Of a stretch of 64,000 nt of DNA, positions 42,330 through 56,900 are shown piece by piece (position 1 is the first letter of the stretch; every line of letters begins with the position of its first letter). Below the pieces are notes generated by a model. The model did not search any database. It saw only the letters and a list, made by a program, of their open reading frames with translations, and was not told where the DNA came from. Both the position numbers and the translations under genes were made by a program. Origin of the DNA: the human T2T-CHM13v2.0 reference genome, Homo sapiens. The stretch lies in assembly GCF_009914755.1 (NCBI RefSeq), contig NC_060936.1. One strand, 5' to 3'.

Positions 42330-43095
42330 TACCTTGCACTCAGCAAACATGTATGGAGCACCTGCTGTGTGCTTGCCTGCTCTGTGCTTGGTTAGGTGGG
42401 AGGTGGGCAGAGAGATCCACACGTAATTACAGAAGAATGTGGTGACTGCTCTAGAGAGGTCAGTAGAGATCTAGGTTTGAGGGAGCAAGAAATGACCTCC
42501 CTGCCGAGGTGCCATTTGATTGAAATCCTGGAGAATAAACAAATGTATCAGGTGGAGAAGGTGAAAATGGGGAAGAAGGGGAAAAGGCATTAGAGAAATA
42601 AGTCCACACAGTGGAAACCACATATGCAAAGGCCTCAAGGTGGGAAACTGTTGGAAGGAACACAAGGAATTCAGAGAGAGAGAGCATAGGGCTCAATAAA
42701 CGGGAGCACCCACTGTGGGCTGGGCCCTGCACCAGGCTTTGGATACAGAGCTGAAGGCAGGGCCGAACTCACCATGGAAGGTCTTTTATGCTACGCAAAA
42801 GAACTTTGGCAGTATCCTGCAGGGGGTAGGAGCTGTCGCAGATTTGTAAACAAGGAAATGACAACCGATCTATATTTTAGAAAGACGGGCTGCTGGCAGT
42901 GTGGACAGTGGGCTGAGGCGGGCAGGGGCAGGGGAGCCTGGAGTCAGTGATCCACGTGAGATGCTGACAGCTGGAGGAAGGCAGGAGCAGTGAGGATGGA
43001 GAAACAGGGAAGGATGCAAGAGAAACAGAGAAGGCAGAAGCAGCAGGACTTGGTGATGAATGTCAGGAAGAGGGAGTGATAAATATTCCAAGTGA
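42330..43095 (-). mobile_element. L2
   Basis: cactcagcaaacatgtatggagcacctgctgtgtgc...tgcaaaggcctcaaggtggga...aggacttggtgatgaatg. Confidence 0.7.
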
Positions 43096-43104
43096 CCCTG
43101 GTGG

Positions 43105-43270
43105 CGGGGGAGCAGGAATGGAGGAGTGAGTGTTTAATGGGTTCAGAGTTTCAGAGGGAGATAGACGGTTGCACAACAGTGTGAATATACTTAATGCACA
43201 GATCTGTACACTTAAAGATGGGTAAAGTGATAAATTTGATGTTATGTCTATTTTATCACAATAAAAATAT
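43105..43270 (+). mobile_element. L1MB-like 3' end
   Basis: gtttaatgggttcagagtttca...ggttgcacaacagtgtgaatatacttaatg...tgtacacttaaagatgg...cacaataaaaa. Confidence 0.8.
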
Positions 43271-43454
43271 GGTCCTGAGGTGTTCTCAAATAAAAAAATA
43301 ATCCATACATAGCAGGGTATACAGTGTCAGCACTGCCCTTGTGTGAAATACACACACGTGTATTTGCTGTACATGCTTAGGCTGCCTCTGGAAGGATAGA
43401 TAAGAAATGGATAACCAGAGTTGTCTCCAAAGAGGGGAATTGGGAAGCTGGGAG

Positions 43455-43900
43455 TATCAGTTCCCTAGGGCTGCAGTTACAAAGTACCACACACTGGCTG
43501 ACTTAAAACAACAGACATTTATTGTCTCACCTTTCTAGAGGCTAAAAATCCAAAACCAAGGTGCTGCAGGGCCATACTCCTTCAAAAGCCTCCCTCTAAA
43601 GTCAAGGATCCTTCCTTGACTTTTTCAGCCTCTGGTGGCTGCAGGCATTCCTTGGCTTGTGGCAGCATCACTCCAATCTCTGCCTCCATCTTCACATGGC
43701 CCTCTTTCCTCTGTGTCTGTGTCCAAATTTCCATCTTGTTATAAGGAAAGCAGTCATATTAGATTAAGGCCTGCCGTAATAGCCTCATCTTAACTTGATT
43801 ATATCTGCAAAGACCCTATTTCCAAATAAGGTCATACCCATATGGAAAAGGAGTCAGGACTTAACATATCTTTTGGGGGGACACATGTCAACCCTTAACA
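43455..43900 (-). mobile_element. MLT1B/C LTR
   Basis: cctagggctgcagttacaaagtaccaca...tctgcaaagaccctatttccaaataaggtca...ggggggacacatgtcaacccttaaca. Confidence 0.88.
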
Positions 43901-44104
43901 CTGGGAGACAGTAGTAGGAGGGAAACAGACTTGGAATGTTGGGTTTTGTGGCTTGTGCCTGTCTTGCCTAGTAGGGCCCTCACCAAATGTTTACATTAAA
44001 AGTTGACTCTGAAGTTTCTAGCATGGGAGAGTGTGTAGCTAGGGACGGTTTAAACAAATGCGGCACAGGACAATGTGGGAGAAGTACTAATGGGTTCCAT
44101 TTTT

Positions 44105-44417
44105 TGTGTGTGTGGTGTTTTTTGTTTGTTTGTTTGAGACAGAGTCTTGCTCTGTCACCCAAGCTGGAGTGCAGTGGCATGATCTCAGCTCACCTCAACC
44201 TCCGCCTCCCGGGTTCAAGTGATTCCCCTGCCACAGCCTCCTGAGTAGCTGGGATTACAGGCACGTGCCACCACGCCCGGCTACTTTTTGTATTTTTAGT
44301 AGAGACGGGATTTTGCCATGTTAGCCAGGCTGGTCTGGAACTCCTGACCTCAGCTAATCCACACACCTCGGCCTCCCAAAGTGCTGAGATTACAAGCGTG
44401 AGCCACCCCACCCAGAC
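44105..44417 (-). mobile_element. AluS (Sx-like)
   Basis: TSD gggttccattttt at 44092-104 and 44418-30. Confidence 0.94.
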
Positions 44418-44539
44418 GGGTTCCATTTTTTAAATGTTGGTTGTCCATCCAAGTGAGAGAGTCCTTATCAGGCCTCTTTATTGGAGCAAGGTTACCAGAG
44501 AATTAAGTCCACACTCCAGCATCTGCTCAGAAAGGAAGC

Positions 44540-44793
44540 AGAGCACTGTGGTTAGAACCACAGGACTTGGAGCCTGACTGCCTGGGTTCAAATCCTGGCT
44601 GCACCGCTTACTCTCTGTGTGACTTTAGGCAAGTTACTCACCTCTCTGGGCCTCAATTTATGTATCTGTAAAATGAGGACAATAATTATACCCACCTCAT
44701 AAGGTTGTGGGAGGATTAGATGAAATAATGTGTACAAACCATTTAGAACAATACTTGTGTCATAGTAAATGCACATGAAATACTAGCTTATTT
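44540..44793 (+). mobile_element. Near full-length MIR
   Basis: gtggttagaaccacaggacttggagcctgactgcctgggttcaaatcctggct...ctcataaggttgtgggaggattagatga. Confidence 0.9.
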
Positions 44794-45437
44794 TCTCCCC
44801 TCTGGACCAAGAAGGTCAGTTCTTTCTGGTTGCCAAAAACAATAGCCTCATTGTCCTCTGAAAAGAAGGGGAAATAAATATCTTGAAGAGATGTGGCATT
44901 ATACCATTTGGGATATGGTTGGTAGCCCTCACTGAGATCTGGTGTGTCTTGGACCTTCTGCCACTGCTGGAAGAAAATCAGCTGGGGCTGTCTGGCTTGG
45001 GAGTCACTGTCCCCACCTGTGACTCCAGTGTTCCTCTGTGTGACTCAGGTTTTCTGTTGCCTCTGAAATATGAGATTTGGAAAGCCATCACTGGCTGGAG
45101 TCCTAAACCATAATCAAAGTAGTTGAACATCCATCATTTGCACCCAGGATGTGCAACCAGAGAGGGGCTCACTAATGGGAAAAGATAGCAGAAGGGAAGG
45201 AGGACCTGTGCAGATGGGAAACGTGGTCCCTGATTGGCTGGGCCTTGTCCCAAGTGAGCAGAGGCTAGGAGAGACACAAGGGGGCATGGACTATTATAGA
45301 AGAAAGGTTCACAGCCCGGACTTGTATTCCAGACAGCTGGCCTCCTCCTCTCTTTAGGGCTGGGGCAGAAATAAGTTGCCTTGATTGTGGGGCTTGGCAC
45401 ATAGTTGGGGCCCAATAAATAATTGTTGAATGAATGA

Positions 45438-45823
<386 letters not shown>

Positions 45824-46849
45824 TAGATGCAAAAAGGCTTCTATATAAACACACTAATAGACAGGTGACAACTCAGGTGTAGAACTCAGAAGAGAGGTCT
45901 TAACTAAAGAAACCTTTGGGGGGCACTTGGCAAACAGGTGCTGTTGAAGCCATGGGTGTGCAGGATGTTGCCCCTGGAAGTGACTGATGACGAGGAGTCA
46001 CTGTGAGACAAGGAGGAGTGGTGCAGAGTCATAGAAGAGCCCAGAGAAAATGAGGTAGCAGGGACCAGGGAAACTAAGATCGAAAGAGGTCACCAGAATC
46101 CAAGGTTGCAACACCAGCAGAGAAAGGAGGCCACTGGGCTGGCAGCGAGGAAGTCATTAGTGCCCTTTACAACAGCAGTTCCAACAGGCTGGTGTGGGTG
46201 GAAACCAGACTGCAGGCGGCAGACAGTTTGCCAACACTTGGAATTTGTTCTGAGCTTCCAAAGTGTTAAAAGCAAAACAGAAACACATTTGGTACTTATA
46301 GCAACACAGGGAACTACATCTTAAATAGCATTTGAGGCTTGCTTCCAAAGTAAGCCTTCAGATTCAGGCTGGCAGTGTTGAGGGTATGTAGTTTGCCATG
46401 TGGGATTTGGCTTCCTGGGAAACAGGGATTTATTGATTATATATTGATTTATTTTTGGCCCACTCTTGAGTCTATTAAATTTCTCACCAAGATGCTTATT
46501 TCCTCAGGCCAGCAAAGCTCCCAAACTCTAGTTTAAAATATTAATTACGTGAGGACATTATCTTTCCTTAGCAATTAGTCAGGCCAGCAGTACTTACTAC
46601 AAAGTCATGTGCTTAGTACAAAGTGCTTAGGACAAAGCCAGGACAAAAGTATTTTTGGTAACAAAGAAGGAACCAGTCCCATACTTTAAAAAGCTCATAG
46701 ACATCACAACTTTCAGTGTGTACATGCCATTTCATTAAATCACCCTACAAAAGTTTAAGAACCACCAGATTGAATGATCTCCAAAGTCCTTTCTAGCTCT
46801 GAAAATTATTCAGCTTTGTGGTCAGATGTTAGATATGCAAAATGGCATG

Positions 46850-47232
46850 GTAATAGTCTGTTCTCACATTGCTATAAAGAACTGTTAATACCTGAGACTG
46901 GGTAATTTATGAAGAAAAGAAGTTTAATTGACTCAGCGATCCACAGTCTGTACAGGAAGCATGGCTGGGGAAGCCTCAGGAGACTTACCATCATGGCGGA
47001 AGGGGAAGTAGGCTAGTCTTACATAGCTGAAGCAGGAGGAAAAGGGCAAAGGGGGAGGGGCTACACACTTTCAAACAACCAGATCTTATGAGAACTCACT
47101 CACTATCACGAGAACAGCAAGGGGGAAGTCCACCCCCATGATCCAATCACCTCTCACCAGGCCCCTCCTCCAACACAGGGAATTACAATTCAACATGAGA
47201 TTTGGGCAAGGACACATATCCAGACCACATCA
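46850..47232 (-). mobile_element. MSTA-type MaLR LTR
   Basis: ctgttctcacattgctataaagaa...tacctgagactgggtaatttat...aattcaacatgagatttggg...ccacatca. Confidence 0.9.
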
Positions 47233-47754
47233 GGCAGGGACACTGTTACCTGTGGGGGAAACTGAGGCATGTCATGGGCAAAGGAAATAAGAATAACTGC
47301 AGCTCATGCCCTCTCTTATATCTCCACAAGATGGCAGGAACAATCAAGAGCCTGCATGGATCAGACCCAGTTCTGGGCATTTCTCATGTCCACCTCCATT
47401 CAGTTTCCATCAGCCCTACAAGGGGCTTCCTTTTCTTCTTCACATCTGAGGAACTTGGAACTCTGGGAGGTTAAGAAACCTGCCCACGGTTACATGGAGA
47501 ATGTGACCCATCTGGAATATAAGTCAGGTCTGTCTTACTCCAAAGCCTACGTTCTCTCTACTAGAAAGGCAGCCCTAATCAAAGAATAAATGGGAAGTGT
47601 GAAAGTCACTTTTGCACTAGGCCTTTGGGTTCATCTTGAAAGACTCAGCCTCCAGCCTCAGTTCCCCTTAGGAAGTCAAATGCACTACATCCATCTAGCG
47701 TCATCAGCATTTCCAATGCCAAAACTCCCTGTGAAGACTTAGCATTGAAATATT

Positions 47755-48530
47755 CTATCAAACAGCCAAGAAATATGTGAACAGTCCCCAACCTCACTAG
47801 TAATCCCAGAAATGCAATTCAATTTTATACCAGTCAGATTGGCCAAAATAAATAAATAAATAAAATCTGACAATAACAAATTCAAGCAAAGATGTAGAAT
47901 AGTGAAAACTCTTAAACACCACTGGAGGGGACTCTGGATCTACTTCAAAGTGAACTTGAAAAGACATAATTGTACTCTAGGTCTATACCCTAGAGAAAGT
48001 CTTCCCATATAGAAATAAGAAGACATGTACATGGATATTCATGAATGCATTTTGTAATAGCAAAAGAGAGGAAAAAACAATCTGCCTAGAGAGAATGGAT
48101 AAATAAATTATACTGTGTTGTGTTCATTCGATGGAAAACCAAGTAACAACGAAAATAAATGAACTAGATCGACCTGTTATTACATGGCCAACTCTCAAAT
48201 ATTATACAAAAAAAGCAAGTTGAAGAAGGATTTATGCAATATGCTAACACTTCTATAAAGTTCACCCACATGTAAAACATCCTGTGTATTTTTAGGAATT
48301 TATATATGTAGTAAAAAGAATAAAGCATGCATAGGAATGACAAATGTCAAATTCAGGAGAGAGGGTACTCAGAAAGGTAGACAAGATGATGGAGTCATGA
48401 AGTGGGGTGCAGGGGCCTTTGTGTTTGTAAGTCTTTATTATTTCAATTGTGTTGGATGGTCAGCGTGTAGGTGGTCATTATATTACTCTATATTTTATGT
48501 GTGCTGAAAATAATTCATTAACAATAAAAG
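47755..48530 (+). mobile_element. Old L1 (L1ME/MC-like) 3' fragment
   Basis: aacctcactagtaatc...cagattggccaaaat...gaatggataaataaattatactg...ataaatgaactagatc. Confidence 0.75.
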
Positions 48531-48740
48531 TTGTCTACTTAGCCAGTATTTGCAGTAACACATTGAGAAAGCAAGTTCTGGGATATGAATATGCATTATA
48601 AAGAAGGGTTAAGTGATTCAATAAATCTGAGGAACACTAGCTTAAAATTAAATAAGCTTTAAAAAGATACTCAGTGCTTTTCACATCCTGTTTCCTGTAA
48701 CTCTCAAAAAGGTTATTCTGTTTAAATATTTTACCATAGA

Positions 48741-48941
48741 GCAGGGGTGAGCAAACTATAGCTGCTTGCTACCTATTTTTATAAGTAAAGTTGTGTGGGA
48801 AAACAGCCCCTCCCACTCGTTTAGTATTCTGCAGCTGCTTTCCCACTACAGTGGCAGAGTTGAGTAGTTAGGATAGAGAACATGCGGTCCTCAAAGCCTA
48901 ACATACTATCTGGCCCTTTGCAGAAAAAAATTTTGGACCCA
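48741..48941 (+). mobile_element. MER58A
   Basis: caggggtgagcaaactatagc...ggcagagttgagtagtt...ctatctggccctttgcagaaaaaa. Confidence 0.85.
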
Positions 48942-49214
48942 TCATGGAGCATCTTGTGGGACTTGTGTTACTAGGAGTGCATTTGGGGATTGGAACACTA
49001 GAAATTTGCCCTAACACTTGGGAATTTGGTTTGTTTATTGGTGAAAACTGTTATGAAGAAGGCCATCAGTTCTTTCTAGATTCCTTGGAGGGTGGATGGC
49101 ATGTGTGCTTTCATCTTGAATCTCCAGCACCGAGCCCACTAGCTAGCATATACTTAGCACTTCACTGAAGTACTTCACTGAATTGATCTAAACTTGAAAA
49201 CCATTTGTGGAATG

Positions 49215-49670
49215 GATTAATTAGGATATAGATTCATTAGTTATAATGGACATTCAAAATACATGTGGCTTGGATAAGATAGGAGTTTTAAAATCTCCCT
49301 CATATAACAGTCCAGACATAAGCAATCCTGGGCAACTCCACGAGGTTGGGGACCCAGCCACCTTCCCTCTTGTTGCTCTGCCATCCCTTGGGTGATACCT
49401 TCCTCTGCATGGCCCCACCCAGCAGGACTACGTCTATCTAGTGGGAAGAGAGAAAATAGAAGGGCAGGGCATGCCACCGGAGATTGCACACGTCACTTCC
49501 CCTCACTTCCTATTGGCCAGCACTTGGTCATATGCCCATACATAGCTGCAAGAGATTCTGGGAAATGTAGTCTTTAGTTGAGCAGCCATGTGTCCAGCTA
49601 AAAATTCAAGACCTGCAGCAACACATAAAAAAGGTAAGGTCTGAAAGACAGCAAACAGTCTCTGCCAGAG
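49215..49670 (-). mobile_element. MLT1J-type LTR
   Basis: cattggccagcacttggtcatatgcccatacatagctgcaagagattctgggaaatgtagtctt-type core; ends cagtctctgcca. Confidence 0.65.
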
Positions 49671-50467
49671 GGGATGCATTAAGGGCTTGCATCCTTAATT
49701 AGAGGTGACTCCTTCTCTGGAGGTGGCCCTCATTTTTGACTCTTTGAACATAAGCCATGATGCTGAAGCAAGATAATGCTGCCTCATCATTTTCTACTCA
49801 AAATCACATGACAACACATTCAGACATGTGCACCGTAATTTCATTCTCCTGGGTGTTTGCGCCCTTGCTTTTGAAATAAATATTTTTAAACATATTCAGA
49901 CAGACCCAGAATTTCTATCTTTTGGTATCTCTCCCAAATCAGGAAGAATTGGCAGGGAGGAGGACTTGGAATCACTTGTTTTACCTTATCTAAGCCAGGT
50001 TTAATGAGCTGGTTCTTTTCTGTACTTCAGTAGCAGCATTAAACAGCAAGTGGGCATGATTTTTGGACAAAGATTCCTCCTAGGAACTTTTGCAAGTGTT
50101 ACATACTCCATTTGCTGAGATAATATAATTTTATCTTTCTTTCTTAGAAAGGTGCACAGAGATCTTGGTGTGACTTACCTCAGCACAAAGCACTCTCAAT
50201 TTGTTCATCTTTTTGCTACCCAAAAGAAAAGGGAAAAAATCATCAACCAGGAGACTGGAAGCCCATGAAAGGGAGTTTGACTATGGCATTCTTGGGACAG
50301 TGTGTTGAGGAGGGGGGCCAGTATCCGAGTCAGACATATAGTCCTCTGATTTGCCATTTCATGACTCATTTCTGAAGGCGCCATTTTATTGTCATGCTTA
50401 CAAAATCCTGTAATGGGAACTACTTGATATATAAAAGATGATGCAAAAAAATTGTATTACCCTACAC

Positions 50468-50678
50468 CAGGGTCTTTCAACCTCAGCACTACGACATTTG
50501 GGGCTGGATAATTCATTGTTGCTGGGGGCTGTTGGTGGGGGGCACTCTGTGTATTGCAGGAAGCTTAACAGCACCCTCACCTCTACCTACTAGATACCAG
50601 CAGCACCTCTTCTGTGTGACAGCCAAAAATGTCTCCAAATGTCCCCTGACAAAAATCGCCCCTGGTTGAGAATCACTG
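50468..50678. mobile_element. MER20 (hAT-Charlie)
   Basis: tttcaacctcagcactacgacatttggggctggataattc...gtgacagccaaaaatgtctcca...ctggttgagaatcactg. Confidence 0.9.
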
Positions 50679-51420
50679 ACCTATGCAAACCTAAATGTGT
50701 TCATAGAGAGACTTGCTGAATGACTTTGGAAAAAAGGTGGATTTTGTTCCTAAATATGACTGTGACTCAGACAAATTAGTCAGCGCTTCTGGTGCTCCCA
50801 GTTTCCTGATCTTAAGAAGGTAAGGCGTTGGGCTGTGCAATCTCTTTCAGCACTGACATTCTGGGACCCTGCAAGTCAGAAGCTGTTATATGGGATCTGT
50901 TTCTAGAATATGATTTGAAGGAAAGCAAGCCACAGGGGAGCAGATTTGACCTGAGGAGCACCCCATTTATACAGGCAAGAAAGCAGTAGGGAAATGTGTA
51001 TTCAGAGTGGGAAGCAGGCCTTGTTGGCTGCAATGGGGGGAAAAGAAATGCTTAAGAGGTGGGGAACTTCCCAGAGGAGCAATGGCAAGAGAACCTTAAA
51101 CTTGAAGCCTATGATTAGGAATATATATTTCTTTGGCACCCTACGCAGTACCTGGCATCTAATAGTTTGTTGACCAGACAGCAGCATTGGAAGAGAATCT
51201 AAGAGAATGTGGAAGGCCTTTGATAGCACAGAGGGGCAGTGGAGTTGGGCGGGAAGAATAGACTCCAGCAATAGCCTGCCTGGTTTCAAATCTCAGTTCT
51301 ACTACTGACTAGCTGTGTGACCTTGGGCAAGTTTCTTAGCCTCTCTGTGCTGTCATTTTCTCTTCTGAAAAATTAAGATGAATTTTGTAGGATTAAAGTA
51401 AGGATTAGATAAGATCAAGT

Positions 51421-51590
51421 ATGTGAATGAGTATATATGTATGCACATATATTTATATACATATATATGCATTCACATATATTATTTCACATATTTATAT
51501 TCACATATAAATAGGTAATATATATAAGCATATGTGTATATATACGTATATTCACTTATATATTTATAAATATTGTGTGTGTATATATAA
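51421..51590. repeat. Degenerate (TA)n-rich low-complexity tract inside a MIR
   Basis: Read directly; MIR sequence on both sides (about 51235-51420 and 51590-51640). Confidence 0.85.
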
Positions 51591-51928
51591 TTAGAATATT
51601 TCCTGGCACATAATAAATGCTATGTGTTTGCTATAATTATTATTTGAGAATCATAAAATATTAGGTATGGAAGCACTCAAGAATTTCTAGCACACTGTTT
51701 GACATTTAACAGGTGACAAGAATGAATTAATGAAGATTTCTTAAAATATTAGTCCCTTAATGTTCATCTGTAATACCAGAACATATCACATTGCACCCTA
51801 TTCCAGTCAAGGATCCAATTGCAAATGCCACTAGGGCCAGGCAGGAAACACACGGGTGGATTCAGTTGGATGTGGGGCAACAGGGAGAACTGAGCAAGTG
51901 TATGCCACACATAAAAGTTTTCAAATTT

Positions 51929-52242
51929 GGCCTGGTGCAGTGGCTCACGCCTGTAATCCCAGCACTTTGGAGGTCAAGGTGGGTGGATCACTTGAGGTCA
52001 GGAGTTCAAGACCAGCCTGGCCAACATGGTGAAACCTCGTTTCTACTAAAAATACAAAAATTAGCCAGGCATAGTAGTGGATGACTGTAATCCCAGCTGT
52101 AATCGGGAGGCTGAGGCAGGAGAATTGCTTGAACTTGGTAGGTGGAGGTTTCAGTGAGCTGAGATCGCACTACCACACTCTAGCCTGGGCGACAGAGCAA
52201 GACACCATCTCAAAAAAACAACAACAACAACAACCAAAAAAT
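51929..52242 (+). mobile_element. AluS with (CAA)n tail
   Basis: ggcctggtgcagtggctcacgcctgtaatcccagcactttgg...ctcaaaaaaacaacaacaac. Confidence 0.93.
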
Positions 52243-52880
52243 AGTCTTCAAACACCGTATTGGCACAGAGCATGAGTCTTGGGATTGCATTGGCCAAAAC
52301 CCCTAGAGTTTTCCCCTCTGCATCCAGGCCAAGAGCCTCTCCCTCCTTCCCTCCCTACTCTCCTTACCCCTCCACCTTCCTTCCCCCTTCCTTAAGTTCT
52401 TTTCCAGTCAGACCTCCTTGCCTCACAATAAGAACAGAGTGTAGCTTTCCCCGTGGCTCTTTGAGAATCGCTGGGTTGCTTTTAAATAAAAGCAGAAAAC
52501 AGCAAATCTTGCTCTTGTCCCATCTCAGTCTGACTTTATTCAGGTGTCCAGTAAACTGAGAAACTAGAGCTGGACACAGCAGACACCTGCAACCCTGGTG
52601 CATCCCTTAGAACTCTACTGAGCAGCCTGGAGTGTAACCACAGACAAACTCAAGGGCACATTGTTGTGCTTTTTTAATGCCCTGTGGGCCATAAATGCAT
52701 CACCAGACTCATAGATGAAACCTCTACTCTCCTAGATATTCTGAGTCTGTAGACTCTAACATTCTTATCTTGAGCTCCAGAAATTAGGACATTGGAGAAA
52801 GCAGCCAGATCTGGCCCTGTACATTCCAGGAAAGACATGTTTCCATTCTGAGCTATTAAGAGAGTAGCCATAATGGACAT

Positions 52881-53234
52881 TGTCTTAATCGGTTTTCTGT
52901 TGCTATAACAAAATACCACAGAATGGGTATTTATAAAGAAAAGAGCTTTATTTGGCTCACAGTTCTAGAGTCTGGAAAGTCCAAGAGTGTAGCACCAGCA
53001 TCTGGTGAGAGTCATCCCACGGCGGAAGGGCAAGTGAGCGTGCACGATACAGAGAGAATGGCAGCTGACCTCACCTCTGCAATAACTAGCCCACTCCCAT
53101 GATAATAGCATTAACCCATTCTTGAGGGCAGAGCTCTTATCACCTAATCACCTTCCAAAGGTCCCACCTCAAAACACTACCACAATAGCAATTAAATTTC
53201 AATTAGTTTTGGTGGGGACATCCAAACCATAGCA
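52881..53234 (-). mobile_element. MST (B1/C/D-type) MaLR LTR
   Basis: tgtcttaatcggttttctgttgctataacaaaataccacaga...ggggacatccaaaccatagca. Confidence 0.85.
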
Positions 53235-53440
53235 GGCAGGTATTTTCTGAGTTCATGTATTAGATAGATGGCCAGCTGCCATAACAGAGTGATTCCAGAG
53301 TACAGTGGCTTGACGAAGAGAGATGGTATTTCTCTGTCATGTAATGTATCAGCCATTGCAGGCTGGTGGGGTGACTTCTCCACAAGATCTTTAGAGGACC
53401 CAAGTCCCTTTCATCTTGTTGCTTTGCAATTCCTTGAAAG

Positions 53441-53630
53441 CAGGAGTCAGCAAGCTATGGCCCCTGGGTCACCTTCTGTTTTTTAAATAAAGTTTTATTG
53501 GAACACAGCCACACCTATTTGTTTACTGTTTTCAAGCTCTAACAGCAGAATTGAGTAATTACAACAGAGACCATATGGCCTACAAGCCTAAATTATTGAC
53601 TATGTTGCCTTTTAAGGAGTCTGCCCTAGA
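53441..53630 (+). mobile_element. MER58A
   Basis: aaataaagttttattggaacacagccacacctatttgtttac...agagaccatatggcctacaagcctaaa. Confidence 0.82.
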
Positions 53631-53741
53631 GCATTAGGCTCACCTCCATAGTCAAAGCTAGGACACTGGCAAGTCTGCTTATCAGCTGGGGAAAGGGACA
53701 AAGGGAAAGTCAGAGCTAGGAGCTTCCTTTTAAGCAAATGA

Positions 53742-53952
53742 CATTGTGTCATGCTGGTAAATGTTTAACAATCATCTGTCCCAGGAGGGTGGTGAGAGCT
53801 GTGGTTTGCAGTGTTTGCCAATTTCCATGGTGTAAATACCCCCAGTATGGCTGATTTCAAGTTAGCAATGAGATGTCACTGAACACAGGATGGGGAAGAT
53901 GCACACAGTTGGCTTTCACAAGCCAGCAAGATCTGGCTTCAGCTCACCACTG
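53742..53952. mobile_element. MER63 (hAT-Blackjack)
   Basis: tgctggtaaatgtttaacaa...tttgccaatttccatggtgtaaatacc...ggcttcagctcaccactg. Confidence 0.78.
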
Positions 53953-56900
53953 GACACAAATGTTACCCATGCCACTTCTACTTACGTTTTGTTGGTGAGA
54001 ACTTAATCACATGGCTATAGCCAGCCATAGAGTCTGGAAAATGTATTCCCTAGCTAAGTGGCCCTGTACCCAGCCAAAACTCAGTGACACAGGTGATTCT
54101 ATATTACTATGAGGAAGAAGTGGAGAACAATGGTGGGGATGGTTAAAATTCATTGTCACACATTTCTTTCCCAGGTGATCTTCTTGGCCACAGGAATAAA
54201 TGTTCGCATGAAATAAGAGCAAAAACAGAGAAGCTAATATGTTGGGATAGAGTAAGGGAGAAAAGCTATTACACAGTAAAGAATGGTACATGAGTACCAG
54301 AAGACATGTAATAAACTCAGGGAATGTCCATGCTGGGAGGTACCCAAGAGCTTAACTAGCCTAACATCCCCATTTTACAGACAAGGAAACTAAAGCTGTT
54401 AGAAGAAATGTGATTTGTCCAAAGTCACACAGCTAATGGGTGATACAGCCATGATATAACCACATTTATCTGGGCCCTTATCCTGTCTCTGCTCCTGCAT
54501 TACCCATTGCTTTCAGAACTGTTCTCAAGGGTCTGGATGTTCCTCCTTCCTGGATAAGTCTGGACATGGCCTCAGAATCCCCCTTGACACCATCCTCCAG
54601 TCAACCATAGCTGTGAATCAGAGTTGATGCACAAGTTGAACCCTGTCTGCCATCCTTGGTTTAGGTGTTGTTTCAAGGCCACCATGAAATTCCCCGGAGA
54701 TCCTGAACAGGTGTTGGGGTGTTGACTGCCTGGAGTGTTTCCTGCATTTCAGATGGCTGCCTAGGTCCACGTCATCTAGATATTCCTAGCCTATATGAGT
54801 ATTACACATCCCGCTTTTCTCAGTGCATGTTCATAAACAGTGCCTCAGCCTAACAAAAACAGATTCATGTGTATGATCTCACTTCATCCTCACCAAAATC
54901 TTAACACATATGTACTGTTCTCCCCATTTAATAGATGAGAAAGTGGAAGCATAGCCACAGATGGGATAGTTTGCTGAAGGTAACACAGCAAAGACATGTG
55001 CTGTGTCCGCATGCATTTCAACTCCAGCAGTTCCCTGCTGCCCTTCAGTGGTGTCCTGAGTATCCAGACAAGTGAAATCAGCATTATTGTCTACTGGATA
55101 CCATCCATCTCTGTTATGCACACAGAGGAATATGAAAGGCTGGCGACTTGGTCCTTAATTACTATTTTGAGTTAGTGTTGTGCTTTCATTTCTCCCCCCT
55201 AGGTACCTTCATTTTCAATTATGTCGTTACCTGTGTAGCCAAACAGCTCACTTAACTTCCTTTTCCACGACAGCCTTGTGAGGCTGGGGCCCCTCTCTGA
55301 CTCACTTGCTGTTGTATTACCGCACCTAATCCAGTGCCTGGCCAATACTGGAGCCCAATAAATATGCATGTGTGAATTATTATGTGCCAATTAAAAATAA
55401 TAATAAAAGCCAAAAAAAAAAGTCTGTATGAATGAATGAGTGATGGTATTTCCCTGAGACTCTGAGGTTCTCCAGAGCAGAAATCACATCCTATTGGCCT
55501 CTTTGGATCCCCAGTGTGTGGCACAGAGTAGATATTCAGTAATGTTGAATTCTGCGGAATGGGCTGGGATGGAGTATGGGCATTCACCCACAAACACAGG
55601 TCTTACTTGAGCCTGGACTTTGGAATGAGACAGATCTGGGTTGAAATTGAAGTCTAAGGAGCTGAGTGACTGTAGGGCCAGATATGTAACTCCTCTGAGT
55701 CTCTGTTTCCTCATCTATAAAACAGGGACATGAAAGCTTACCTTTTGGGGTTCCTGAGGGTTTAAGCAAGATACAGGTGTGAGCTGAGGAGTCAGGATGC
55801 CTGGGTTGAGTGCCAGCTCCATCACCTACAAGCTGTGCGACCTTGAGCAACCGATACGCAACCTCGATGCCGCAATTTTTCTTCTGTAAAATGAGCACAA
55901 CAGTCCACAGTTTATGAGATTATTTTGAAGATTTAAGTGAGCTATTATATGTGAAATACTTAACAAATGAAAAGCTGTCTATAAATGCCAGTCATGATTA
56001 TGATATTAACTATAGTGTGTTGGGAAAGCTGTTTGTAAATGTTTACTGTGCCTTTGGTTATTGTTATTATCTTTGCTCTCTTCCAAGACAACTAATCTGA
56101 CTGCTGGATGGAGCCATAGTGTAACCCAAACCACAATTCCCAGGGGCCCACACAGCAGAACGGGGCTGCATCCTCTCATATTTATCCCCACAACAGCCAA
56201 ACACCTCAGTCTGCACCTTCCAATGGTGGGCTTCAGGAATCTTCCATATGAGCAAGGAAAAGTGACTTTTCCTCTCACACAGCTCCCCAGGCAGATGGCT
56301 GCTGCCTTGGAGAGGAGCCTTGGAATTTGCTCTGTTGCAGATTGCCAACCTGCTGGTGAGACCCAGATGAATGAGAACAGAAACACATGCACAGAGAAGT
56401 GAGAAGCCACTGGAGCCACGGCAGAGCTCTCACGAGGCCCTGCAAGTGACAGGCCACAGGGAGGGCTGGGATCAGAGGGACCAGGCTCTAGAACAATTGG
56501 AAAAGGACTTGGCAGCAAGGAAAGACCTGCCCTGGGATTGGAGGATTGTGTGGCTGAAGGATGGTGGTGGGGGGGTGTCCAGATGGCCTGATTAAATCCC
56601 TGGAGAGAGGATCTGCAATTATAAAATCATAGCAATGAATTACGCATTCCATGTATTAGGCAATTATTATCATCACACACCGTGCTAAGTGGTTCAAAAG
56701 AATTATCTCTTTTAAACCTCATTGCAGATGTAGACAGTGAAGACTATTATCATCTTCCCTGTTTTGCAGAGGGGGAGACTGAGGCTTAGAGAGTTTTTTT
56801 CACCTGCCCAAGATCCCTTAGCAAGTAGGTACTGGTGTGAATTTTGGTCTTAGGCACCAGCCTCTCCTGCCTCTGTGAGGGCAAAGGCTTTGGATTCAGA

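Noticed and set aside
56006-56518. Longest ORF in the track (170 aa, minus strand)
   Set aside because: Non-ATG start, no recognisable domain or codon bias, no splice context; a length expected by chance in 64 kb.
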